Below, in pieces: positions 13,038 through 24,299 of a stretch of DNA of 64,000 nucleotides. Each line of letters starts with the position of its first letter. Within the stretch, counting starts at the first letter, position 1. The translations under genes and the position numbers were made by a program. The DNA comes from Octopus sinensis (lineage: Eukaryota): contig NC_042997.1 of NCBI RefSeq assembly GCF_006345805.1, positions 10,726,001 to 10,790,000 of the forward strand, in the 5' to 3' direction. The notes beneath the pieces are model-generated. The model ran no database searches. It was given only the letters and a program-made list of their open reading frames with translations, and had not been told where the DNA came from.

Positions 13038-13097
<60 letters not shown>
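12946..13097. repeat. (TTA)n(TCA)n(TTA)n microsatellite
   Basis: Visible array. Confidence 0.95.
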
Positions 13098-13099
<2 letters not shown>

Positions 13100-13220
13100 C
13101 TGCAGACGAAGTATTAATTATTGTTTACAATTCATACTCGGACGAGAAGAATTTATTAATTGAAATAGTTTTTACGAAAAATAGTTATACACAGATAACT
13201 AGCTAAAATCTGGAGTCTCG

Positions 13221-13259
<39 letters not shown>

Positions 13260-13619
13260 TTTGACGAAAAAAAAATGATTAAAGTCTTGTTTCATTTTTG
13301 GCCACAGTTAACTTTTTCCTTCACGTCACTCACATAAAAAGTATGGCTACAAATATTTCACGTGATACCCAGAAAAAATAGCAGAATGATACAAAATAAT
13401 GCATTTCAGTCACAGAAAAAAAATAGGCAACTAATCCAGTTGCAACACAAATGAATATTAATAGTCACGACGAACAAAAAGAAAACACTAAATTTATATA
13501 TATCGAGTGGAAATGTTGTCTACAAAATCAACAGCAGTATACAAACACACATTACTCTAACCCTCCGCAATCAATGTGTAATTTTACATAAGACGGGCGT
13601 CGATCTGACACTACTCCTC

Positions 13620-14700
13620 ATAGAGACTCCCTCAACAAAGGTGAAGTTCAAAGAGTCCTAGCAGATATTTGAAGTAAAATCTCTTTTACTGGGATAGAAA
13701 GCACACATGGTAATATATGTGTCATCTTTATAAGAGAGAATGCGAACCTAAAATGTACACGATACACACGTACATTATCTAATCTCACAAAATTTGCGAA
13801 GCAGAAACACAAGTAGTCACCTTCGTGGAATAATATAGGCTGATGGTCAGTATAGACGAATCTTTTGGCTATATGCAATAGCATGATGTCCCCATGGATA
13901 TGCAAGTCCTCAAAACCACAAAGTAATAACAAAACTGTGTCCAGTAGAGGCTACTGGTGGAAGGCCTTTAAATTCAGCATCCCAGGTAGACGACCCAGCT
14001 GCTATACATGTGACAGAAAAACCCATTTAGTGGCTTTCAGCGTAGAAATCATAAAACAAGAAATGCAACAAGAAAAATCTACACAGGTTTTCAATATTAA
14101 GATGACTCCAGATACAGTTCGTCAGTCGGCAAGCAAAATACCCCCTTCTCGTTGTCAGAAGTGAGCCATGAGACACAAGAACTTTCTCTCCTAGTCCTAA
14201 CCGGCAAAAACAATAAGATCTCCCTATAGTAACAATGATAACAGCCAGTACTAAGTAATAAACTAGAAAGCTCCCTTTCATTGTAGTACCATCCACTCGC
14301 GAAGATAGAGACCAGATGGAAACCAAAAGAAATAAGCAGACATCTTAGAAAAAAGGCAGAAAAGACTCACCAAAAAAAGTTAGTAAAAGGCAATAAAAGC
14401 ATCTTAAAGAGTTCATCTCCTTTAAAGAAGAGAAACTCTCTGCTGAAGAAGAACTAAACTCGTATAAAGGAGAGCTCATATCCTGTAAGGAGGAAACAGC
14501 ATCCTCTCTAAATGAAATAAATTCACAACCTTTCGAAGATTAACATCGAATAAATTCTTTATATGATATACACAAGATTTCCCAGACAAAGTACGGATCG
14601 GCAAAGAAATGGAATTGCAGTTTAAGGAAATGAAATTGCAGTTTAAATATTCTCGGAGAACATGAACACAAATTTCGAATAGATGATGCAATGTATTAAT
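13620..14700 (+). mobile_element. Degenerate L1/Tx1-like ORF1 (gag-like) remnant
   Basis: GRRPSCYTCDRKTHLV zinc-knuckle-like motif followed by a charged low-complexity tail; multiple stops. Confidence 0.45.
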
Positions 14701-15599
14701 TGCCGGTTATCCACGAGACGCGAGACATGGCTTTCTCACAGTAACTCCTGGGAGATTCTGAAATCTCCAGTTATCAAAAATAGAGGAAGTTAGTCGGTGT
14801 GGTATGTTATCAGGAGCATGCTGTGTGTTGATCAACACAAGTTAACATTTAAAATTTATATAGATGTCTTATTTTAATTATTGCGTTTATTATACTTTTT
14901 ATTTTGTGTAAATATTGGTGTAAATAAATTTGTTATTCTTTCAGTTATATTTTGCATGTATTTCACAACTCCCTTCGACATTGTTTAATACGTCTGTCCC
15001 ACCCTGTAAGTTTTTTGTAAGTACCTCTTGTTCAAAATTCTTTAAATTTTATTGTATTATTTTGAGCCCTTCTGAATAATTTTTATTTTTCGCTACATTC
15101 CAAGCATTATCAAATGAAAGTTCTTTCTTTGGTGCATTTGCAGATAATTTTAGGTACCTGTGGAGTGTTTGTACCCGATACCCCGGGTTAGACAATAGAG
15201 TTGGATTTTACAAGCTAAATTTTATTTGCTAACAAAATTTGACATTTCATATCCAAATTATCTACGAACATATGCCCACTAACCAACCAAAATTCATGTA
15301 AGAGTATGCAAAAACAAAATAGATAACCAAAAACAAAAAAATTCGGCCACAGAATGAACATTTACAACGAAAAAAATCATGAACAGTAAGAAAAAATACA
15401 CTAACGAATAGTTTTAACGAATGTCAACAACACTCCTACACAGACGTTATTAGTCTATGCACATAGTAATAAATGTAGTGATAGCAGTGGTGAAGAAGCT
15501 AGCTTAGTCTTTATTGTTACACGCAGTTTTTAGACTTAATAAAATTTCCAGATAATAAAAATAAATTGGAAAACTTTTGTTAAGCTAGAGAGTGTTTTC

Positions 15600-16700
15600 A
15601 TGCATTAACTTATCTAAGAGAGGGCGAAATGAATAACATATCTTTCTGAAAGAAGATCAACGATGGTTTGCAATTAACGGTGAAACAGAGGTCAGAAAAA
15701 GCACCACGTAAACTTTAGGTAGAAATTCTTTCAATTGAATGTGGGAAAGGTTATGGTACAGTCGGCCTACTGCATTTTCAAGAACGAAGATTCGGCCGAA
15801 ATACATCTTTGTGCAATGTGTATGTCAGTTCTCATACCTTCGTGTCTCCGAATATGGGACAGGTAAATAATCTAAACAAACACTGGAAATGGTGTAGATT
15901 CTGTAACTGGTCATCACTTTTGTATTGCAGTACGGGTAAGTAATTAACCAGTGGTGATGAGAGACAAATGAGATTAAGAAAGCTGAAAATAGATTTATAA
16001 ATCCTTATGACTCCCGAAAGTCACAAGGCTCTCTCAGGGTTGTTTTCAGCTGAGGGCCCCACAGCAAACAGCATGGGAGAAGTGGTACAGGGCAAAAGGC
16101 ATAGTTGCTATACATGTAATAGTAAGAACCACTTGGGTTTTTTTTTCCTATGAATAACTTAAAAGGATAGGAGAAAGGAAGCAATGGAGGTCAACTGAGG
16201 TAGCAACAAGAGCAGCAAACTCCTATTTCCAAAGCACTATCACTCACACATTCCAGAAATGGTGGAAGAGGTAAGCTCACGCCGAGTTCTAGAAACAAGC
16301 ATGCAGACACTCCACCTGTAACGAGCAGCACCAATCTATCCTGGTGTGTCAAAGGAGAAATAATGGTTGCAGATAAAAGTATCCAAATTGTCGCAAAAGG
16401 AAAAGCGAAAATTAGTTGCAAATGAAGATAAGTAAGCAGTAACAGAAAACAACAAAATCGGCTGAAGAGGAACAACAAAAACGGCTGAGGAATTACAACA
16501 AAAGCAACAATGATCCATTTCCTCAAAGTAAGGATGAAGACGATAAAGTGAGATTTACTACTCTTCGAAGATCGAACAAACTTTTGATAGACAGAATCCC
16601 GTGTCTGTGGTGTCATGGATATTCCGGTGGCGTAAAAAATGTCTGATGCGGAGTTGGGATTTGAATATTAGAGATCCGCGAAGGAAAGGTTGTTGATAAT
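15600..16700 (+). mobile_element. Second degenerate L1/Tx1-like ORF1 remnant
   Basis: QGKRHSCYTCNSKNHLG knuckle similar to the 13.9-14.0 kb motif, then a Q/K/T-rich tail. Confidence 0.4.
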
Positions 16701-17643
16701 AACAATAGAACAATATTACAACGAGCTGGAACAGTGGTATCCTAAAGACGTCTGGTAGTATCTACCTCAATCAACCCAAAAGCGATGTCAATAGGAACCT
16801 TTGGGAGCATAAGGTAGATGTATCAGCAATTGCTGACGAGTAGCACCATGGTATACACTAACCCAATCAAACCATTGGTTTCTCCCCTATATATTTAGAA
16901 CTCAATGTTTTATTTTCGGCTAATTTTCTTTTTAATTATAAATTTTGTAAGTATTGTATGATTTGGTACTTTTCTTTTACTCCTGTCTAATCAGTTATTT
17001 TTTTAAAAAATTACATTATCCCACTTTTAATTGTACAACGTCTTTCATCTATCAACTCGTCTTTTATAACTATTTGTCCCACTTCACTCATCTTTATAAC
17101 ACTTAGCCTTACCGTTCATCGTATGATTTAGTAACAACACGTCACTTCGAATCGCTCGTAAGTTCTGTTATATTTTGTTTTTTAAGGATATATTTTCAAA
17201 GTGTTTGCTCTGTGTTTCCCATAAACTGCTAATGGCTCTGAGTAGCTCCTCGGCTCCGATGTATTTTCGTCCCTTCATTATGGAATTTGTGATTAATTTT
17301 ATGAAATTAATAATTTCTTTAAAATTTTTAAGGCAGTACAGCTTCGAATTTTTCAGCGGAAAGCCAGGTAAGTGAGATTAATGATTGAAAGGGTTGTCTT
17401 GATTGTGTCTTCCCCATCATAAAAAATCACCATCCATACCACCACCATGACCAATGCTGACAGGAGCAACAAAGAAACGAAAGCAACAATAAGAAACAAA
17501 ATGAAAACAAGAACAAATACTATGAAAATAAAACCAACAGTGAGAATGAGAAGCAAACACGAAAAATAAAATTGTCGCTTCAAAATACCTAATCCCACAT
17601 CTACTGCAACACAATATAACACAATATAATATTAAGGCACTAC

Positions 17644-17856
17644 AAGGCGGTGAGCTGGAAGAATTGTTAGAGCACCGAACAAAATACTTAGTAGCATTTC
17701 GTCCGTCTTTACGTTCTAAGTTCAAATTCCGCCGAGGATGGCTTTGCCTTTCATTCATTTGGGGTCGATAAAATAAGTACCAGTTGATCACTGGTGTCGA
17801 TGTAATCGACTTATCCTCACTCAGAACTAGCTGGTGTTGTGCCACAATTTGAAACC
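17644..17856 (+). mobile_element. tRNA-derived SINE, family A
   Basis: AAGGCGG.GAGCTGG.AGAA head (A box), GTTCAAATTCC (B box), TTTGCCTTTCAT..GGGGTCGATAAA.TAAGTACCAG core. Confidence 0.9.
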
Positions 17857-17879
17857 ATGATTAATAAATCCGGTGTTTA

Positions 17880-18800
17880 TGGGTTCGCTAAACTGTTCAG
17901 GCGGAACCAGAAATAGCAGCAGAGGCAGCAACAGTAACATCGGAAGTAACAACAACGAAAGAAGCACCTCCCTTTTCTTGTAAACAGCTACATCAAGCCA
18001 AAGGAACGGAACACCCTCCTTCCCTTCCCTCACACATAGAACTAAAGAAGGTAGGTCTTTCTCATTTTCCTCTTTGTTTCGAACATGGCCTTGCTCAGAA
18101 ATAAACAATGTAAATGCATATAGTCTTGGATCGCCTTGGAAATAAGGCCAACTGCTCAACGACCTCAAGTTACTAGATGTAGATGTGGAGGATATCAGTA
18201 AGACCAGAATCTCCGATCCACGAGCCTTCTTACCCGTCTTTGGTGAATACGAGTTAACCTTATCTCTCAATCAAAACGGGGTTTTGATTCAGAAAAGCGT
18301 GGACGAGATCCGGACCATTCTAAATCAACACAGCAATGAACTATCTTAGATCCAGAAAATAAGATGGTGGTCCTAGACGTGACCAGCAGCTAAGGCTATT
18401 CCTTCGCTAACAAGCCGTCTACGGCCAACAGTGGCTCGATGACCAGATTTCTTTAGGTTTCTGAAGACTTTTCTGGAAACGTCCTGCTTTATAATGCTAG
18501 TGGAAAACTGAAATAGTATTTCGAATGCATGGTTGGCCTGTATTGGGCTAGCTGATGGAAGAATGGAGCTCAAAAGCCTGAAAAACCTGCTCTAATGTTT
18601 CCAAGTGACCGACAAATACCGACCGTATTCCCTGAATTTCCCACCCTGAACAGGAACAAATAGTTGTCCAGATCGTAATCAGAAAGAGTATTCTACAGAC
18701 CAGTAGATTGAGATAATATGAATTGTCCGCAATAGTCCACAATTTGACATCGTCAGCTACACAAATCACAAATTTATTCTCCGTACGGTCAAACAAGATA
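17880..18800 (-). mobile_element. Possible degenerate gag-like retroelement remnant
   Basis: DYDLDNYLFLF, RKVFRNLKKS and SEQGHVR fragments resemble Ty3/Gypsy gag motifs; heavily frameshifted. Confidence 0.3.
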
Positions 18801-19126
18801 GGCTTCGTAGGCAGGGACCCGTTGAGTAGAAGCTGAACGCATCGCTTCCAGTGCGATAGGCTTACATGGACCGGATTAGCGAGGTAGCTAAACAGGAGGT
18901 TCGTTGAAATCAGTCGTATTTGTTGGTGGTCGTCTTGTTCTAATACTATTTACAGTACAATTTCAGATTTGTCTGCATATTTTACTGGTGTGATTAAATG
19001 GATATAAATATATGTCTGTATAGTCTTTATTCTTTTACTCTTTGACTTGTTTTGGTCAGAGGACAGCGGCTATGCTGGAGCTCCGCTTTGAAAGGTGTTA
19101 GTTGATCAAATCATCTCAATGCCTAC

Positions 19127-19495
19127 ATGCATACAAACATACATACATACATACATACATACATGCATGCATGCATTCATACATACATACATACATGCAT
19201 GCATGCATACATACATACATACATGTATGCATGCATACATACATACATACATACATGCATACATACATACATGCATACATACATACATACATACATGCAT
19301 GCATACATACATACATACATACATGCATGCATGCATACATACATACATACTACATACATACATACATACATACATACATACATACATACATACATGTATG
19401 TATGCATGCATGCATGCATGCATACATGCATACATACATACATGCATACATACATACATACATACATACAGACAGACAGACAGACAGACAGACAG
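19127..19495. repeat. (ATAC/ATGC)n(AGAC)n microsatellite
   Basis: Visible array. Confidence 0.97.
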
Positions 19496-19536
19496 GAGTG
19501 TGTTCGTGTACGTGTCTGTGTGTACACAAATGTTGA

Positions 19537-19740
19537 GGTGCTTGGCTTAGTGGTTAGAGTTCTCATGATCGTAAGATTGTGATTTCGATTCCTAGACCGG
19601 GCAATGCGTTGTGTTCTTGAGCATAACACTTCATTTCACGTTGCTACAGTCCACTCAGCTGGAAAAAGTGAGTAATCCTACGATGAACCGGCGTCCCATC
19701 CAGTGAGGATCTGGGAATCCGGCCTTATAACTCTATAGCA
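19537..19740 (+). mobile_element. tRNA-derived SINE, family C
   Basis: TGGCTTAGTGG A box, TTCGATTCC B box, GTGTTCTTGAGCA.AACACTT core shared with the 48973 copy. Confidence 0.8.
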
Positions 19741-20380
19741 TGAGAAGGACCTTTTATCCTTTTTGATACATACATATACACAAGTCCGCGAGTATTCACA
19801 TACATATATACAGAAACATATAAACACACGCATACACACATACACACACATAAACACATACACACATATGCATGTATATATGTACGATTGTGCCTGACAT
19901 ATGTTTTATTTGCTTTTTTAATTTACCGTCATTATTATTGCTTTTATCTTCCTTATTAACACTAGCATTAGTAAAAAATGTTAATGATTTAATCATGTCG
20001 CTATTAGTTTTTGCATGCTTTATCTTCTTTTCTCACAATTTGTAGTTTTATAAATAAGAACCGACCAAGATCCTAGTTTAGCGACAATCCTAAAAACGTT
20101 GGTTCGGTTAAAAACACTGAACTCATCTGCATACTTTGTTATTGTTACTGATCACTTTAATATCAGCCCTGATTTTGAGCATCCATAATCAAGGAAATTC
20201 TACCCTTAATCGTCCATAAGTTTTTAGTAGAATTAATGTATTTAAGTACTCATTATCCAACGTCTCTAACCATTCTTTAAGTTGCAGGGAACATATCGAT
20301 TTCAGTGATATTTGTCCCTTGTGTTTTGACACAATTGGCTGTTATTTCTAGAAGGTCATCCAATGTCATGAAGGCCATGA

Positions 20381-20530
20381 AGGTGACGAAGTAGTCAAGT
20401 TGTTAGAGCGTTGGGGAGATTGTTTTGCGGTACTTGTCCCGAATCACTCTTGAAATAATGACCAAGGTTTACTTTATCTGTCATCCTTCCCGGGTCGATA
20501 AATAAAGTACCAATCCTGTACTTATACCAG
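20381..20530 (+). mobile_element. Old family A SINE
   Basis: Degenerate head plus TCATCCTT.CCGGGTCGATAAATAAAGTACC core. Confidence 0.65.
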
Positions 20531-21241
20531 TTATTCTCTTTCTTTTCTTCTGCTCCTTTCTTTTTGACTGTTTGTTACTAGGTCTTTCTAGAAGGAACGG
20601 ATGTGATCAGAGCTGGAAAGGGATGTACCCGACCAGGCCTACAAATGGTCAAAACACGTTCTTACGATAGCAACGCCTCTACGACTCTATCAAGAATTGA
20701 GGGCCCAAAGCAAGATATGACAGTTGTGGTTCCCATGTTAACTAATATTTATATTTAATTAAGTATAATAATTAGTCAACCAGGAAGCATTTTAATTTTA
20801 AATTGGTATACATACATCTCTCCCCTTCTCTCTCTCTCTCCATCTTCTTCCCTCTCTCTCCTTATCTCTCCCTAGCTCTCTCTCTCCCTCTCTTTCTTTG
20901 TATATATGTAAATGTGTATGTATGTGTGTGTGTGTGTGTACATACCCGTATTTGAATATTACGTTACGGCTGTAAATGTATTTCTGTAAAGCTGATCGAT
21001 TTTGTACTTGATATCTGTATCGAAAAACGTTGATTTGTGTTTAGTGAACGCATTTTTAATTTGTATACAAGACTCGGACAAATTATCAACAATCTGTGCA
21101 TTTTACTATACGTGATAATAATTGTACAGTTTGATTTGTCAATTGTATATTCATGAGTTCAAATCGAAGGGAGTTCAATGACCAATGCTCAAAATCAATA
21201 CTGCCTACTAAGCAATGTTTTAACAATATTTTCGTGCCTAC

Positions 21242-21818
21242 AAGGCGGCGAGCTGGCAGAAACGTTAGCATGCCAGGCGAAATGCTTAGCGGTATTTCGT
21301 CTGCCGCTACGTTCTGAGTTCAAATTCTGCCGAGGTCGACTTTGCCTTTCATCCTTTCGGGGTCGATAAATTAAGTACCAGTTACGCACTGGGGTCGATG
21401 TAATCGACTTAATACCTATGTCTGTCCTTGTTTGTCCTCTCTGTGTTTAGCCCCTTGTGGGTAATAAAGAAATAGGTATTTCATCTGCCGCTACGTTCTG
21501 AGTTCAAATTCTGCCGAGGTTGACTTTGCCTATCCTATCGGGGTCGATTAAATAAGTACCAGTTTCGCACTGGTAATAGACTTAAACCGTTTGTCTGTCT
21601 TTATTTGTCCCCTCTGTGTTTAGTCCCTTGTGGGTAGTAAAGAAATAGGTATTTCGTCTGTCTTTACGTTCTGAGTTCAAATTCCGCCGAGGTCGACTTT
21701 GCCTTTCATCCTTTCGGGGTCGATAAATTAAGTACCAGCTGCATACTGGGATTGATCTAATCGACTGCCCCACTCCCCAAAAAATTTCAGGCCTTGTGCC
21801 TAGAGTAGCAAAGAATAT
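21242..21818 (+). mobile_element. Family A SINE trimer (one head, three tandem bodies)
   Basis: Bodies restart at GGTATTTC.TCTG at 21291, ~21475 and ~21648; last unit ends ..GTGCCTAGAGTAG.AAAGAATATT. Confidence 0.92.
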
Positions 21819-22280
21819 TTTGGTGCCTATATTAAAACATGTGAATTCCTGTTATATCCGAGCCGAAAATTTTACGAATATACTTAACTGATTAGCAGGG
21901 CTTTTTAAAACACTCATAATTTAGTGTTATTATATGGTGGGTCCGTGAAATCGCCTTGCTTTTCATTTCTTGCCTTCCATTTCTGAAACATAAATGTAAC
22001 TCCGAATCTTCCCACAATTTTTAGAAAATCTCATTATTCATATCCCATTTTTCCTACATGTGTAAGTCTTTTTCTTATAGTTGGATGCAAAGGAAGCGCT
22101 ATATCGCTATTTTTTGTTAATGTTGCATACAGTTTTCATTGCATATGATATCATCTGGATCGGGATATTTTGATTGATATCGCATGAGTATATTTTTTAT
22201 TTGCATATACCACCCGAAAAATTATATCTTGTGCAAAAATCATCTCTAATATCGTGGTGATGTGGTGGGGGTGGAGGTGA

Positions 22281-22282
<2 letters not shown>

Positions 22283-22352
<70 letters not shown>

Positions 22353-22461
22353 CATACATACATGCATACATACATATACATACATATATATATATATGTA
22401 GATATGTATGTATGTATATATATATATATATATACATATATATATACATACATATATAAAT

Positions 22462-22515
<54 letters not shown>
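22283..22515. repeat. (TA)n/(TACA)n microsatellite
   Basis: Visible array. Confidence 0.95.
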
Positions 22516-22599
22516 TATAAATGGACTGACATCAATCAGTTTGAAATAAAACGTTAAATATAGAACTGTGAAACATTATTTATCATAGGCACATGCAAT

Positions 22600-22780
22600 C
22601 TGTTAGGCAGAAACACAAAAGAAGGATCACGTGGTTTAATTCACCGTATTCAAAAAATGTAAGCATTCGTTAGGCAAAAAACCTTTCTCCATGTTACCAG
22701 AATCCACTTTTCCTTGGACATAAGTGTAGGAAATCCTTAGCCAAAACTCATTCTGGAAATCTGTATATGGAAATTTGCTT
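22600..22780 (+). mobile_element. Short PLE remnant
   Basis: KHKRRITWFNSPYSKNVS..KTFLH...HF matches the PLE RNIIWFNPPYSKNV.TNIGKTFL...HFP motif. Confidence 0.6.
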
Positions 22781-23289
22781 GCTTTTGAAGTATTGACATG
22801 CTACTTGAAATTGTTGTGTGTTGTGGCTGTCAATACCATTGTTACTACTGCTAATTGCTTTCTTTGATGCTTTTTATGTTCATTTGTGATTATATTGGTG
22901 TGTTTTCTTTTACATGTTCGTTTGTTTTCTTTTTTCTTTTGTTTGTTTTTGTTTTCTTATATTTTCTGTTTAGTTACATCACACTGGATTTTATTTATAT
23001 TGGGGGATAGCATTTTGTTCTTTTTCTTTTAAAATTGTCCACGGTTTTATCAGGGTTGTTATATCAGTTTTGTTTTTGATATTGCCTTCTGGGATATAAT
23101 TATTTTTCTTGGATGTATGTACTACCGGATCAATATTGATAATTGTGGTGTTGATTTCTGCAAAATATAATTTTGTCTGTTTGCGTAATAATGTAGGTTG
23201 GCAATCATAGTGACTATTTCGTTCGTTTGTGTGTGAAGTTGTTGCTGTTGTTATTGTCAATATGGGTTTCATGGTAATATTAGCAATGA

Positions 23290-23371
23290 TGGTCACGATG
23301 TGGATGGTAGTAATGAAGATGATGACGATGAAGAAGATGATGATGATCATGATGATGATCATGATGATAAC

Positions 23372-23440
<69 letters not shown>

Positions 23441-23490
23441 GGTGGTGATGATGATGATGATTATGATGATGGTGATGGTGATGAGGGTGG

Positions 23491-23525
<35 letters not shown>

Positions 23526-23670
23526 GTGATGATGGTGATGATGGTGATGATAATGATGATGGTGATGATGGTGATGATGATGATGATGATGATGGTGATG
23601 ATGGTGATGATAATGATAATGATGATGGTGATGATGATGATGGTGGTGGTGGTGGTGGTGGTGGTGATAA

Positions 23671-23704
<34 letters not shown>

Positions 23705-23790
23705 GGTGGTGGTGGTGGTGGTGATGATAATGATGATGATCCCAACTACAACGACAACGCCGAGGAGGAGGAGGAGGAGGAGGAGGAGGA
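23290..23790. repeat. (GAT/GGT)n(GAG)n trinucleotide array
   Basis: Visible array; source of the poly-D/G and poly-M/V ORFs. Confidence 0.95.
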
Positions 23791-24249
23791 GAATTCGACT
23801 ACTGAATACGATGTGATTATGTTGTTGTTTTTGTTGTTGAAACTGAATCTATGTAGGTGTCGTCGTCGTCGTTGTTGTTGCAATTGATGAAAGTGGTGTA
23901 TGATGTATGGAGTGTTATGGCTATTGTTGCTTCCATCTCTTCTTTCATTTATGGAATATTGTCCACAGAACGTTATGAAATTCAGTATCCTTGCACTCGA
24001 CCATTACACAGCGATTCTGCTTCTGCTGTCTACATTCAGCTAGTTGTGCTGTACGTCTTTTCGTACTACGTATTTTACAATGAAGGAAAGACTAGTATTA
24101 CCAGAGATTTTGTTCTCTTCCTGTCATGTCTGGCAAACATCCGATACCAGAAGAAGACTGAACCAAATAAACAGATGGGCTGCTACTATTGCTGCTGCTG
24201 CTGTGATTGATAATGATGGTGATGATGATGGTGATGATGGTGGTGATGG

Positions 24250-24299
<50 letters not shown>

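Noticed and set aside
15931-15935. Apparent 5 nt micro-exon (ttgCAG|TACGG|GTAAGT)
   Set aside because: Lies inside a decayed LINE ORF1-like remnant; no independent support.
21242-21818. CRISPR-like repeat-spacer array
   Set aside because: Units are ~175 bp SINE bodies without unique spacers; eukaryotic context, no cas genes.
22645-22760. Minus-strand 116 nt exon-like frame (FQNEFWLRISY..KGFLPNECL) that looked SH3-like
   Set aside because: The plus strand carries the Penelope motif RRITWFNSPYSKNV, so this is antisense of a PLE remnant.
23229-23887. Poly-Asp/Gly ORF resembling acidic biomineralisation proteins
   Set aside because: (GAT/GGT)n array open in all plus frames, with no signal peptide or splice context.
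23857-24210. 117 aa ORF with two hydrophobic stretches
   Set aside because: Starts and ends in trinucleotide repeats; no convincing splice sites or family motif.
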